64,000 nt of DNA from Balanoglossus misakiensis (GCA_040954595.2 CM082576.2:5368760-5432759); one strand, 5' to 3'. Numbered from the stretch's first letter, positions 40,506 to 55,182 are shown. Notes: generated by a model from the letters alone, not told the origin. Numbers and translations are program-made.

Positions 40506-43500
40506 TTATATCACCAGTCTCTAATCTATATCTCTTATTTCTGCGATAATGGCACATTTAATAACGCCGGTGAATCGCCTGCAATCATGTCTGTGTGATA
40601 TTTTAGAGGAAATTACAACGCAGACGATGAACAAAAACACACCCTACGCATTTCCTGATTATCCGGTACTGTCTTCTGTCCAAGAACAAGTGGACGGCTG
40701 CAGACATTTGAATGTTTTGAATTACCTGAGGCCTGAACCTGACGCTACCACGCTATACCGCTTTACTAATCAGCCCTTCGATACATGACGGCACTTTCGA
40801 AATTACCTGGCTTGCTTGTAATAATCATGACTTACGCTGTGTGCGTAGGTGTCTCAACCATGAATTTCACCCTTTATAGGACAAAAAGGCAAACCAGTCG
40901 GTTTGTTTGGCAGTTTGGAGTGGCGCGCTGGCTTCCTGCTCCTTGCCAAAATCTGTAAACAATAAATAATATCAATAAACAGTTATTCCCATACACAATA
41001 TCCATAAAGATCATAAAATTTAAGAAAAGGAAACCAATATCCTTGAATTAGACTGAAAATAGCTGCGAAACTAATAATCTAGGTAAGCCTCAAAATTAAT
41101 TACGAAACTGTTTATCAAATGGAATAGCTATTATAAGGTTTCATGCATCTACAAACTATCATTACCTCACTTAATTAAACATGACAGTGATAAACCCTGT
41201 AAGTAGCGTTCAGACTTCACATAAAGTTCCTGCTACTAAGAGTTTTTGATTTGCCCCAAATAAGATATTGATATTTTTTTATCACTGATGGAACATCATA
41301 ACAAGGCCCTTAGGACCCCGCAAGCCAAATTGCAAAGGGATAGGTATCCGAGGAATGACGTTCTTAACTAGAAATGACATAAATGCCCCCAAAATATAAT
41401 TTGGCACATCATATAGATATACAGACAGACTGACGCCGGTTGATCCATAACGCCCACATGGGTTTACCAAACGGGGAGCTAATCAGTTGGCGGGTCACGT
41501 TCATACTATGACATTGAGATAGTTTCTTGGGCAAGCCACGGCCCCATCGTTATGTTAAGATATTTGATTTCCAAATTCAAGGAGTTCATTTCACTTGTCT
41601 TTGGTGTATGCCACAAGATAGCTGGAAACCGTCCATCCAGCTGTCCAAACGGCAGTTTTGGAACTCAGTTTGTTGTACAGAATGGGATCTCCGCAACGCA
41701 CGGCCAATTTATATTTGAACTGGTCATTGACCTATGAACACTAAAACGAAAGACCTGCAAGAGATGCGACAATGTGAAACGCTTCTAAGGGACCCAGGTT
41801 CTACATCTAAGATAAAGCACACACACTTCAGAAACAGGAGATCGACCACACGGTTATTATTACCTTATGGCCGGAGATTCCGAGGCTGTCCACTTGTGTT
41901 AGAGTGAGCACGCTTTACAGTAGACTCATGGCGGGTTGTGACAGACATGATATACGTGGAATGGCTGACAACTTACAGGAGATGCCAGGTTCAATCCCGG
42001 TGGCTGGCGGAGTCGGCAAGTCGAGTCCAACAACAAGTAATACACTAGAAAGACTGCTAACTGCAGTGTATCTTGGTTTTGGTGACCATACACGAAGAGA
42101 AATGGTGATTCTATACATACGAGTGAAAATGGTGGCTCCTCTGTAGAAACGGGGATTGCACGTCACACGAATAGAAGCGGAGTAACAAATGGGTACAACG
42201 AGCTTTATCCGTAACAGGACGGTTTATTGGTGCACTCGATGTAAACAACAGGTGCCGCACTTGTAATATGCAGATTCACTTGACCAGCAATCACGTCTCG
42301 ACAATGTACGAGAGATGAATACCTAGGCCAATCCCTTCCTCAAAGTTTGCATGGATATGAAAGCATACAGACATTTGGATTTATCAGATCATAGTCACAT
42401 CACCCACATGTGCGCTATGCATTTGCCTGATGCCACTAAAGCGTGCATTTTAGGAAACTTTCAATTCACCAAAATAAAAAAATCTGTACAATTGTTTCGT
42501 AGTTGTTGTGTACTTTTTATTTGCCCATAAATTCACATGTGCTTGGCGTTTATGCGGATTAGTGTCGACATGTTCTGAACCTTCTTTGATGTAATCCCAT
42601 TTAATAGAAACAGTCATTTTTTCTTGTTCTATTCATGGTTTCCATCCCCTTCTTAAGCCAGGCTAGTAATTGAGGACAACACTATATACTCTTAATTCGA
42701 CACTGCTGATGCTTGTGTGACAAATCCAGTCTTTGCTCTGAAATCAGAAAAGTCCAAAGGAAGACTTCGATAATCTTTTTTTTCTCGTATGAACGACTAT
42801 GAAAGGCCGCTTTAATGTTTCCAAAGATGTTATAAGTAGCTTATAAATGCGAACGTTTTGAAAATCTCCATCTTGCAACATGCTTTTAAGTAAAACGATG
42901 TAAAGGTTTTCCCAGAAGCTTAACATGTTATGGATTGGATTTGTTTGGCAGTTGTGTTCTCCTTAAGAAGTGTCAATCAGCTGATTCGTTCAGAAGTCCG
43001 TCGAAAGTAATGCACCGTGAGTGAAATCAAAGTTAGTCTTTTAGTCTTTTTTTCGATGACCAGTCACGTTTGAATCACCTCAGTTGACAAAAGTGATTAT
43101 TTATCATTTTATTTTTGCAATTTTCAAGAAAAGGGCGAATCGTTGCCAGGTTTTGCATTGCTAGTTTTATGAGTATATTTGCAACTTTTTATTTGTAACA
43201 TGAAACTATGTCACTAGAATAAAATATTATCTAGCTATCTATTTATCTATCTATCTTAGTGTCTCGCATTCACCCCGCATGCGCAATACTAAGTCAAGAG
43301 GATAAAGTTTAAATGCGTCACAGGGAATTAAACCCAGTGGTACCACAGGAAACAGATAGCATGTTGTTTAATATTTTATTAGATATTGTTTGGTTGTTAA
43401 TAAAACTAAATTGTAGTATTTACCCCCAAATCCCCTCTCAGTGGAGGTAAGAAATCACGGGACAATGTATACCAAATGTAAGCCTGTGGCCGTACTGACT

Positions 43501-46500
43501 TTGCACGTTGAAACTTGAATTGTCTTATAACTTTAAGATTAAAACCGTTTCATTTCAAAACGACTTTTGAAGGTATCAAAGGTATCATGTAATCCGCTGA
43601 TAAGACACCGAGTGCATCGCTTGAAAGAGATAGGCTAAGCGGTTGCTTCCAAACTTATGGAAATTTGCCATAAAATGTATCGGTTCAGGAAGTAAGAAAC
43701 TTTCACTCGAAAGACCTACTGCCACTAAACATTGACTTGTCTATCTAGGTTTTTTGCCCCTCCTGGCGTGATAGCAGCGCGTGGTTGAAGTATGTTGCCA
43801 TGGAGATTAATCACCAACTACCGACTTATCGACGCACGTAAATGAGAGTAAGCGATCGTTTGGATAATCAAGGATAAATACATGTATACAAGAAGACTTA
43901 CGGGGTTTTCAATCACTAGGAGCTAATATATAAGACCACTAATTAGCTCTTGGAGACGAATGATGTACACACACGAAACGCAAACTTTATGCCATTTGTA
44001 TGCAGTTTACGCAGAAAAGTCAGCTGGCAAACAATAATGTACCCAACAGCCAAATCTCCATGAGAATAAAACGTGGTATCTATATATATGTAAACACCAA
44101 TCACGATGGTGACGTCAACAAAATAACTTGTCGCATAGATACACCACTGGTGTTCACCAACTCATATGGCATATGTCTAAAAGTTTGACTGTAGTAATAG
44201 AAAGTTGCTGTTTTCTAGAGATAGAAACTTCTATAGAAACTTCTTCTGCTTTGTTCTGTTTTCCATCTGCACATATTTTTAATTTGACTCTCATGGCCAC
44301 CTTTCTGCTATAGGCTACTGCACGGCTTCAACAACACTATAATCAACCCCCACACCTTGACAGCAATTTTGCAATCTCGCCACTGAGCCTATTGGGTATC
44401 AATTTCCCAGTGCAAGGACAAGTGCTTAATCATTAATGTGGTGATTTTGTAGAGAGGAACAATGATCTCTTTTGAAAACATATAAATCAAGGTAACTGAA
44501 GACAAAGAGCGGTTATTACATTACAGCGATTATTTTGCTTTTGGGTGTCATGAGCTGGTAGAAAAATAATTACCGATTGCATCATACGACACCTGTCTTT
44601 AGATTTTGCGGGTGCTTCCTTTGGGGCAAGGTTTGCTTAATATTTTCGAAACACCTGACATCAGGTCTCGACTGTCCTGAGCACTTTGTCGGTTGTCTGT
44701 GATGTTTGGTTTTCTGTGTGGATGTAACATTTGACATATCAAATTTGCATTAAAATGTAATACAAAGCAACAGCGAATTCTTTGCAGTCATATATATATA
44801 TACTATGCAACCATTTTTACTACATTTTATTATTGTGAGTTGTGGATGAAATGCGCTGTTCAAAAGCAGAAAAAGTCACACAGGCAAAGCTTCAACGACT
44901 CGACTGCCGCTCCTCATGAAGACGCCGTACATGGCAAATTTCGTATTTATGTAGATTGACGGTGACATGAAAGCTGCTGGTCCGAATCGGTGTCGGGGGA
45001 ATTCTGACTAGAACGTATGCTGATAGCATTCAATGGAACCGATCTTCTGAAACTTGTATAGGCAGATAAGATTAAAACTAATTGAGAAAATTGGTTCTTT
45101 ATGCAAATGGGGCGTGGCATAGCAACAACGGTGGGTGTATTCGTTGCATGGAGCTGGGCATTCATTTTTCTCTCTTTCCGGATAGATAATAATTGCGTTT
45201 ATATCTGGCTAACAGAGATACCAGGTTGAACACAACAGTTTTGCCTTCTGCTGTCCGAGCCGCTTCAGTTACGCGTAGCAAGCAACGATATCATTTTCGT
45301 TAACTTTAATGACAATATCTGGGCAAGTAGTCTCAAAGATATCATCACCAAGGTGATAAGCACAGAGAGAGAGAGTCGTCACTGCCGACATGGAACTGTA
45401 CACGCTACCGCGAAAGCCAATCAACCTCTATTAGTCAAGATTTATTAAAAGTCATGTCTTCGGCGAAGTCATAGTGCCATGTACACTTCAACCGGCATTT
45501 TCCTGTGGAGAGGTTAATAGAAAACTGATTGTTTCTGTTGATGACGATTTCAATGGAAAAAACAACAGTTTACAGGAAATCCCGGAATGGGGTTAAGGAA
45601 AGTGTTGTCTCACGACACTTCCTCAAGCGATTACAACGAAGACAAACATGCACGTAACCAACATGGTAACCATTCTCTCCATTTCATGAATAACGTAGTA
45701 AGAAATGAATGATGCGTTAGTTTCTACGTATAAACAATTTTTTTAATTCTCTCCTTAACAAAGTATGTCAATCATAGTCGTTGGCAAACAACCGAAAAGG
45801 GGTAAATTATCCCATTAGCTGGTAATGACGCAACCACAATAAATAGCTATTGGAAGGTATCATTTGTTGCTGTGGTAACGAAGGTCGGCATTGTAAAGTG
45901 AAGCCTCCGGGTTACTTTTATGGACAGATGGCTGGAATACTAAATCCGTTCGAAAAACGGCAGATTTCTCTGAAATATGGCCATGTAGCAAATGATGCAA
46001 TTTTACCGCCGGGTATATTTCCATCAGTCTTGTTCAAATGTTAATACCTTACAAGTTTGGGGGCGGCTACTCCCACAGAAAGGTGTACGGGTTCGTTTAT
46101 ACATGTATGTCTTAACAACCATGCATACACGCGTGTGACATTCACGCGACCCCTCCGTTCGTTTACGCACGACTTGATAAGATGCAAAAGAAACCAGTGG
46201 CAAGTCGCGGCTACTATTAAAGTCGCAAGGCCCTACAGACAATGATCCCGATTCGTGTCCGTACGAACGTTCCTATAGCTTCAGTTAACGTTCCATTAGC
46301 TGTAACTTTTCGCTATGTCTTCAGCATTTTGTGTTGGGGCAATCGTGCTTTTGCATACCTGGACTCAATGGGAGCATAGGTCTATGTACTCATGCCTCTA
46401 AAACACATCAAATTATTTCCGGTGATAGCGAGACCAATATGTCATCCCCCCCCCCTTGAAAGCTCACTATTCACTATTTCCCCACTTTCACTTACAGGGT

Positions 46501-46984
46501 ATAGGCTAATCCCCATCTATACTTTACTGATGAAGACCTTAGAGAGTTAGTTTTGTAATAATGAATATGACTTAATGAGGGCGTATGGTTGCAGTGTCCC
46601 TGACGAGTTGGCAACAAGCCCTTACTGGATGACATTAGTTCTACCCTGTGTCCTAAGGGAACGATTAGCGTAATAGTGCAGGTTGAGTCATGGGACGCCA
46701 ATGAGCACCGAATGGATTTTTTTTTCAGTCAGTTATCTAGGATAAAAGGTTAATTCATTTTCACTAGGTATATTCAGGGGTAGGCCTAGAGGATATAAGA
46801 TTCTAGTAAGCTTTCTTCAGTATTAACTTGTCGCGGTGATTTGTCTAGACTCTCCCACAGTCCACACCCCCACCACCACCATCCATCCATCCATCCCCTC
46901 GACGAACTGAAATGCATTGTCATTCTGATTCCGTACTCGAGGAGCACTTACGGCCGCGTGGTGGCGCAAGTGAACAAGGTAACT

Positions 46985-47216
46985 ATAGACCACCTCCTTG
47001 AATCAATCCAAAAGAGAGCCCTTTGCATTATTTTTTTCCTGGAAAGTCTTATCAAGAATAGGGTAACATTGATACCAGCACAGAAACTTTGCCCCGACAC
47101 TGGTTGCCACCAGAAGGACTCGCCACTCATCAAAAGGAGACATGAAAGCTTATCTCCGAGTTTCCGCACACGAAGATTTCAAAAATAACTTTATTCCGTA
47201 TGGTCTTTGCAACTAT
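46985..47216 (+). mobile_element. Degraded 3' end of a non-LTR retrotransposon (CR1/L2/Rex-like) ORF2
   Basis: LLESIQKRALCIIF, then after a frameshift RTRRF-KNNFIPYGL; these resemble the C-terminal motifs of LINE ORF2 proteins. The frame is broken. Confidence 0.6.
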
Positions 47217-47568
47217 ACACCGGGATTGTTCAATGTATTTTCCACATACATGTACTCGCTATATATTCATGGATATCATATGTAAGATTGAATGACAATG
47301 AAAGCCATAAACTCGGTGAATTTCTCGAAATCCGGGAGCACACACAGTACGTCTTGCCAGCAGCCTGACTTTTTCACATTTGCATAGTTTTACCATTAGC
47401 CGCTTTAAATAGGCAGGGTTCTACACACGGGACTGTGTTCCTCTTCTCCAAAGCAACCCGGGTGTGTCACACACAATTGTTTTTTGAAGATAGCACCGTG
47501 AAGATACTGCCTTCGTTCCCCTAAGCCCGGAAACTCTGCACATTTTCCGATACTGTGACGCATCCACA

Positions 47569-50500
47569 ATGTCGAACGCAGTCAACCCTTTCGGTACACT
47601 GGATTTTGTGGTTTTCTCAGCCTTGTTGGCAGTTTCGGCAGTCACGGGCGTCTATCATGCACTAGTCAAGGGAGGTCAACGCACAACATCCCGGTAAGTC
47701 TCACGGTCGAGTTGAATGTTTACCCCATGGTTTGCCGTACGAACCTCAAGCCATCAAGGCAGCTTACAATGACGATTTGCAATGCACACCTTGACAAGGG
47801 GACCGCAAAATACGCCAGAATTTGTCTCAACATTATCTGAAACAACTGAATGGTGAACCAGTGTTGTTCTAAAAATGTCCCGATGCGACATATTCGTTCA
47901 AGCAATGAAAACAAATCATTGTCTGCGAAACAATATTGCCTTTGTCCCAGGTGGTCAGTAAGTAGGACGTCCATGATCACACGGCGGAACGAACTGCTGC
48001 TCAAAACGCCATCGCATGAACGCGCCTGAGTTTAAGAACTATGTAGTTATTCAAGTAGTGATGATGTGCGGCAAAACGATCCGATTTTAATGTTGGCGTT
48101 AATTCAGCTGATTCGCGCAATCGGATAAATCAGCAGCAAAGTACGCTTAGTTGCTTTGTGAAAGTAATAATTATCATTCAATAAAGAGCTTATGTTGAAA
48201 ACAGCTATTGTGTTATGCACACGGAAGGTCAACCTTTCATTTATGCTCTGGGTGAATTGAATTGAGGAAAAGCAAGTGTAAGTTGTGTTCGTTTGAAACT
48301 CCCAAAGTCGCCTAACTCTGAAACTATACTCACACTGGTGTACCCGTTGCTGTTCTCCAACTTCACACTTCTATTTTTGTACATGTACTTACAGGTTACC
48401 GATTATCTATATCGCGAGAAGTCTAATACTTGGACTTTTGATGGATCACGTTTTTCGTGTGTGTTTTTGTCTAGATATCTGTTGGCAGACCGTGGAATGC
48501 ATGGATTGCCGGTGGCGATGTCAATGGCCGTGTCCTTCTTGTCACCCATCACCGTTCTGGGAGGACCGGCAGAAATATATCATCACGGAATTACGTACAT
48601 CTTCCATGCTTTCTCGTGTCTGTGGATTTTTCCAGTTGCGTGCGCATTGTTTGTTCCTGTATTCTATGATCTGAAGGTCAGAACATCGTACGAGGTAAAG
48701 GCAGGCCCTATCTATTTTTGGCCGGGCGGGGAGGGGTCACTTGAAATGAACCAAGACTGGAAGTCCGCCCCCATCTGGCAAACGCAACTGATTCCACGCG
48801 GTCCTAACGGATCGATAGGTGCTGTCGGACATTTGTATTTACGTGGTACATATAATTCGTGAAATTCGCACGTAAAACACGATCAAAGTATATGTGGTGG
48901 AACGGTATTGGTAATGCCCCCTTCAAGTTCAAAGTCACTCACGAGGCTGAAATCTTTAACATGATCCAACGTCTTTGTCCCTTAGAAGGTTTAGTATAGG
49001 CCCAGGGGTATAGTGCCACGTTTTGGGCAGATTCGGAGCCAGGTTGAAATACGCAATGATGAGTAATCGACGTATTTGAATTTACTTTGCAGTATTTGGA
49101 ACTGCGTTTCAACTACCCACTACGCCTGATGGCATCAGCGCTGTTCGTCTTACAGCAAGCGTTCTACATGGCACTTTGTCTGCTGGGACCCGCACTGGCT
49201 TTCGAAGCAGGTACATGTAAATATGAACCTAATTACATTGCTCTAACACAATTCCCAATAAAAGAGTCATTGATGACCTGTGATAACCCCTCTCTTTTTT
49301 CCCTCCAGTTCAGAACTTTGACATGTGGAAAACGCTAACTATAACTGGGGTGGTGTGTACTTTCTACACGGTGCTTGTGAGTATACAGTATTGCATTCCG
49401 TTCTTGGGGTGAATGTGTACTATCGCCTTTTCTCAATTTCTCAATCGCAATTAATAGTAGTGAAAGAATTCGAAATCGTCGACTAGAGGACATGCGTGAT
49501 CACATCGAGAAACGTACCGCTCCTATAACTAACTTTGGCATTTGTTTTACATGGTTTGTTTTCTACCGCAGGGAGGTCTGAAGGCTGTCATATGGGTTGA
49601 CGTTTTCCAATTCCTTGTTATGCTTGCGGCCGTTGTCACCTTTCTTGTTATTGGAACTGTTAAAGCTGGTGGTCCTGAATTCGTTTGGAATTACAACGCT
49701 GCCCACGGAAGACTAGACATTAAGTACAGAATACTCACTGTTTTGATATCTCCTGACACATTTTCTTTGAATGTCACTATTGGCAAGTTTGTTGAGTTAT
49801 GTTTTCCAACTAATATGCTAATATGTTGACAATCTTCACCTTTGAGTCATTTGCTGTTGGACCTTTCATTCTCAACAGTTTTTCCTTCGACCCCACCACT
49901 CGTATGACAATGCTTAACTCCCTGTTTGGCACGGGCATGTTGTTCCTCAGTTTCCAAGTTGGACAGACATCTGTGCAGAGATACGCCGCCACAAACTCCA
50001 TGAAACAAGCCAAACTGTGAGTTCTGACGTCATTACTTTCTACAGAAAGCCATCTAACGTACGAACGCCAGCCAAAGGTTGGAAGTGAGAGACGGCGATG
50101 TGTGTGGTGATACAAATTGTGTTTTTTTATATACTAGGTTGAGCTCAATTCAAAGACAAAACCATTATTAGAAAGAATATTTCAACAAATTAAAGCGCGT
50201 AGCTCGTCTCACACGCATGTTCCAACTGTAGCCGCTGGTTACAGACGTTCAGTGAACAGTCAATCCCATAAGGCAGTGCTCACACAAGATGGCGGCGACC
50301 ATAATCTGTGTCGGAGATCGGGAAAAGACACTAGCTTGGGTGAAAAGGAGGGACAAAACCAGAATCTACTTATACGGTGCGCATGAAATACGGAAGGAAG
50401 CGAAAGCAGTCCACTATTTGAATGCATCGAACGAAAAATTTTCTGTGAAGTTACGCGCATGCGCGTGAGACGAGCTACCCGCTTTAAAGTGTAAATGCTA

Positions 50501-53373
50501 CATCTGTGTTTTCCATTTTTCCAGGACTGCTTTGATGAATATTCCTTTTTGGATGTTATTCCAGCTATTCTTCAATTTTCTTGGATTGGTTCTGTTTGCC
50601 TTTTACAACGGTAAGGAAGTGTTAAAATTGCTACTGTTTTGCAAGGATGCGTCACATCGAACATTGGGGGGAGGGGAAATGAGATAAGTGGCTGTATATG
50701 TTTACATTTTACTTTCTGATACTATAATTTCTACTTTCTGCATTTCAGATATTCCAAGTGTACTGCAGCCGGGCATCATAATTAACGCGACCTTACCTAC
50801 CGGTCAGTAATTTTTTCTCAATGGAACCGTCAAATGTAACATACAGAGTACTAAGTACATATAAATCTAAAGCTTCTGTTTTTAAAACGTGCCGTTAAAT
50901 ATATTACAAAGTAGCATGACGACACGTAAATGTTTTAGCATACCATAACCATATGTGCAAGTGTTATTAAATCTCATTCACTCTTCACAATTGCATTTGG
51001 TTTTGAAGATGTTTTAGCCAACGCGTCGGTCGTCCTCGGAGAAATCCAACCACGTTACTCGCCAGACTACAGCTCACCTGACCAGGTAAATACTTGAAAA
51101 CGATTTAGTTATTCGTGTAGAAGCAATTGGAGTCGTTTGATTGTTTTTCTATCTTTCCATTGAATCATGTATAATAACCACGTTGTGGTGTTACAGTAGT
51201 TATTACGTCAACTTTGTGTCTCTCGTCAGATCTTGGTGTACTTTGTAAGTACTCAACTTGGAAGAATACCCGGAATACAGGGACTGTTTATTGCATGTGT
51301 CACGGCGGGAACTCTCAGGCAAGCTGAACGTTTTCCAACTGTCTCCGCTTTGAAATAAACTGTAGCAAAGACACTCGATTCATTTACATTTTCCTTCAAG
51401 GGCAGCTTCATCGGTTCAGAAATTATGAGCGTATTCATTTCTGAGTGAAGTCCCCCCCCCCCCTTTTATAGGCATGTCAGAATATAATAAAGCCAGTCAC
51501 ATATCCATCCCTGTTATTTAATTAGTTCGGTGTCGTCCAGCATCAATGCCATGACAGCCGTGACGTTAGAAGATTTCATCAAACCTTTCCGGAGATGGCG
51601 CGCGCGTCGCAAGGCTGGTGGACAGACAGAAGCAGATCTTCAGAGAGATGCAACAGACACGCTGCTTTCCAAGATTCTGTGTAAGTTTACTGAACAATAT
51701 AACGTCATATTTCTAACTTGGCGCAAGCAGAGTTCTATATCACCTGACATGAGGCACACTACTCCAAATGACAGCGGGCAACAATACAACAGGTAACGAT
51801 TCACTCATAATAATGATCCGTAGCTGCTACTTAATGCTCTTAATGCTCGTTTGTTGTACGTTAGGCTGCAGAGTCATCTGAAAGTTTTAATACGCGTGTT
51901 ACGTTTTCACAATTGTATGTAGTCGGCACCTGTCGCTGAAATGCTGATTTCCAAAACGCGTTGCCTAACTTTGCTTTTCCGAGCCTTAGATATTACAAAT
52001 CCCTGAACGAAACTGTAACTTTTATATATGTACGTTGTTCATTTTGGGGATAAAACCCTAGCATGTGTCTATGGCGTAGCTGGCATAGGTCTATCATTAT
52101 TGTCATCTACCATGGGGACTTTAATAACGGCGGCAGTTATTCTGATGGGCATAGTGGGAGGACCCATGATGGCGCCGTTTCTAACGGGAATGCTGTACAG
52201 GCGAGCAAACAGCAGGTAGGTGCATGCCTGCAAAGCCGAATATAGATGAAGAGGATCTTTGGCAAACTGGGGCTTAGCCGGTTAACTCGCTTTGCATCTG
52301 AAGGTGGTTTCAAATTTAACACACCTGTTGCAGGAATTCAATTGAAAAGAAAGAAGCGCAAGGAAATTACGTAATCACGCGCAACCTTGCTGGACTGCTC
52401 CAAGTACCAACTGGTTTGTGATTGATATACTAGTATCTTTGGTAGTGTCCACATGGGACGAGGTGCTAGAGATTTAACCCTTTCACCACCAGGGTTTGAT
52501 CAAAATTCTTCATGTTTTTCCTGTCGTAAAGTTCGGCCTTAACAGGGGTAACGAAAGTGGAGGGGTTACGACAGTGTCGTGTGTACTACACGAACCATAG
52601 TCATCAACTATTAGTACCTACGTTAGGGCAATGATGTCTTCAATATCACTCATACTGTTCCATTTCAGAGGGATGGTCCTGGGCACAATCGTTGGTTTCG
52701 CTCTTGGCTTGTGGCTCGCCGTTGGTTCGCGTGTCTATCGTGATGTACTCGACCAAGTTTCCCCAGTTTACAGTGTAAGTACACGATACATTTTTAGATT
52801 CGTACACGACTAGATGATTCATTCTGTACCTGGCTTTCAACAGCTGACGAGGATACTGCCACCAACAGTCTCTCGAAGAATCATATTACATGCTCGTATG
52901 AGGGCGCAATCTAATAGTAGTGAATATTTTAGCTGAGGGTTTATATACATACAAGACCTTTTCCTGAAATTGATTTTAAAATGCCTATTGTTTAGAACAT
53001 AATTTGATTGTCCCCGCAGTTGTCTTCCATGTGGTATACAGCGTTCACCTGTGCGGTTGCCATGGCAGTTGGTATTTTAGGCAGCGAAGTTTTTCGACTG
53101 ATTTATCGAGGCGAACGACGAGCCGTTGTCAATCCCTCTCTGCTGGCAACTTGTTTGAGGTACGTTTATCTTGAATTTCTTTGCCGCTGCGCTGAACTAC
53201 AATAAAGCCAATTCGCCGCTGAAATAATGCTTGACTTTATTTTCCATTGCAGACCAAAGGGTTGGCACCGATCCTCTGCCCATATCATTCCTGTAGCGCT
53301 TGCGTCGGATAAACAATCGGAAGTCGGGAAAGAAGGAACGCTAAAACCACCGGAAGCTGAAACTTTTCTGTAA
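47569..53373 (+). CDS. Sodium:solute symporter, SLC5A5/6/8/12 (NIS/SMVT/SMCT)-like, 600 aa
   Basis: 15 exons: 47569-47693, 48475-48694, 49093-49210, 49309-49376, 49572-49723, 49879-50016, 50525-50610, 50749-50802, 51009-51085, 51230-51318, 51526-51680, 52062-52215, 52669-52774, 53020-53159, 53253-53373 (1803 nt; one GC-AG intron). Motifs: YLLADRGM, PVAMSMAVSFLS, SYEYLELRF, GGLKAVIWVDVFQ, QTSVQRY, PGIQGLF, GTLSSVSSSINAM; C-terminus ETFL. Confidence 0.93.
50194..50483. mobile_element. Kolobok-type MITE (TTAA TSD) in an SLC5 intron
   Basis: TIR AGCGCGTAGCTCGTCTCACACGCATG pairs with CATGCGCGTGAGACGAGCTACCCGCT (2 mismatches); TTAA flanks at 50190-50193 and 50484-50487. Confidence 0.8.
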
Positions 53374-54278
53374 TGATCAAGACCGTGGGAAATATTCAAG
53401 TGTAAACGTCTCCTTCGATCGTACGTGTTTTGACCTATCAACCCTTATACCACGGCCCCTCCGGACCCAGCACTGTACGCAGTTCTCTTCACACGCCCAT
53501 GTTTCATTATTGTGTTCACAACACTGAGCATAACCTAAAACGAAGGAAACCGAAGGAAACCGAAGGACACTGATTTTTCCATATTTTAGTGCGAAGGACA
53601 CGGTTTTCTGTATGCTAGAGGCCGAAGGACTGGTTTAGCTTCGAATTAAACGCCGAAGGACGGGTGTAGCTCCGTAATTTTGGCCGAAGGAAAGCGAAGG
53701 ACACTGATTTATCCGTATTTTAGTGCGAAGGACGTGGTTTTCTCTATGCTGGGGGCCGAAGGACTGGTTTAGTTCGGTAATTAAAGCTTAAGGACGGGTG
53801 TAGCTCCGTAATTTTGGCCGAAGGAAACCGAAGGACACTGATTTTTCCATATTTTAGTGCGAAGGACACGGTTTTCTGTATGCTAGAGGCCGAAGGACTG
53901 GTTTAGCTTCGAATTAAACGCCGAAGGACGGGTGTAGCTCCGTAATTTTGGCCGAAGGAAAGCGAAGGACGCTGATTTATCCGTATTTTAGTGCGAAGGA
54001 CGTGGTTTTCTCTATGCTGGGGGCCGAAGGACTGGTTTAGTTCGGTAATTAAAGCTTAAGGACGGGTGTAGCTCCGTAATTTTGGCCGAAGGAAAGCGAA
54101 GGACGCTGATTTATCCGTATTTTAGTGCGAAGGACGTGGTTTTCTCTATGCTGGGGGCCGAAGGACTGGTTTAGTTCGGTAATTAAAGCTTAAGGACGGA
54201 TGTAGCTCCGTAATTTAGGCCGAAGGAAAGCGAAGGACGCTCATATCTCCATATTTTAGGGCGAAGGGAAGCCAGTAA

Positions 54279-55059
54279 GGTGCGGAATTGCGTTTTATCG
54301 TTTTTAGAAAGTTTAGCTACAAGTGTAGAAAGCTAAATTAGCTGTAGCTAAATAGTTCTAAACTATCTAAGTTTTAAGGATAATTATCACTACGATAATT
54401 ATCGCTTTCTAAATATCGTTCTAAATTTATAAATTAGCCACAGTTTAGAAAGCCCCCCCCCCCCGACTAAAATTTTCTGCCGACGATATAAGTGCTGTAT
54501 TTCCATTCCAATATTTGCGGAATTTTCATGTATGATTTCAATTGGTGCATTTCAATGTCAATATTTGCGGACGGGAGAATGTTGGGAATCGTTTATTGCC
54601 CAAATCAAGCCTTATCTCAAAACTCCTCTCAGTTTATTGAGATATGGGCTTCGTTTGTATGACACCATTGTTCTGTGCAACGACTGAAGTCTCAGGTTAA
54701 TCAATGTCTTAACACCATTGTTCTACCATTATGAGGTGTTGTAAAATGTCAGAGTTAGAACTTCGACTATATAAACTGTTAAAATAAAACAAAGATCACA
54801 TTTGACTTCCCACCGAAGTACTGGCCATCCCGTCTCTCTCTTCATTCCAAGCCTACTTCCAAAGTGTACGCCGTACATTTGTAAACGCCCAAGTAGTCCA
54901 ACTTTCTAAACTGCTGCTAGTTTAGAAAGTTTAGAACGATATTTAGAAAGTGATAATTATCTTGAAAAAAGCCGTGTTTATCATTATTAGCTAAATTAGC
55001 TTCCTTAGACAATACATGTAGTTTAGAAATGCCCCTTCAATAAGACACAATTCCGCACC
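54279..55059. mobile_element. PIF/Harbinger-type non-autonomous element nested in the foldback
   Basis: TIR GGTGCGGAATTG / CAATTCCGCACC, TAA on both sides (54276-54278, 55060-55062), and subterminal inverted blocks (GATAATTATCGCTTTCTAAATATCGTTCTAAA). The foldback repeat resumes after it. Confidence 0.8.
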
Positions 55060-55182
55060 TAACTCAGGAAAGCGAAGGACAGTGATTCTCCATATTTTAG
55101 GGAGAAGGACATTAGTATCCATCTCTCTGTATCTCGGAACTAGGATATCAATAGTGTGATCTTGTGTTGAGATCTTTTTTTG

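Noticed and set aside
41940-42020. GGTTCAATCCC B-box, possible tRNA or SINE head
   Set aside because: No convincing A-box or cloverleaf.
52476-52570. TTAACCCTTTCACCACC piggyBac-like MITE end
   Set aside because: The right end is too degenerate to define an element.
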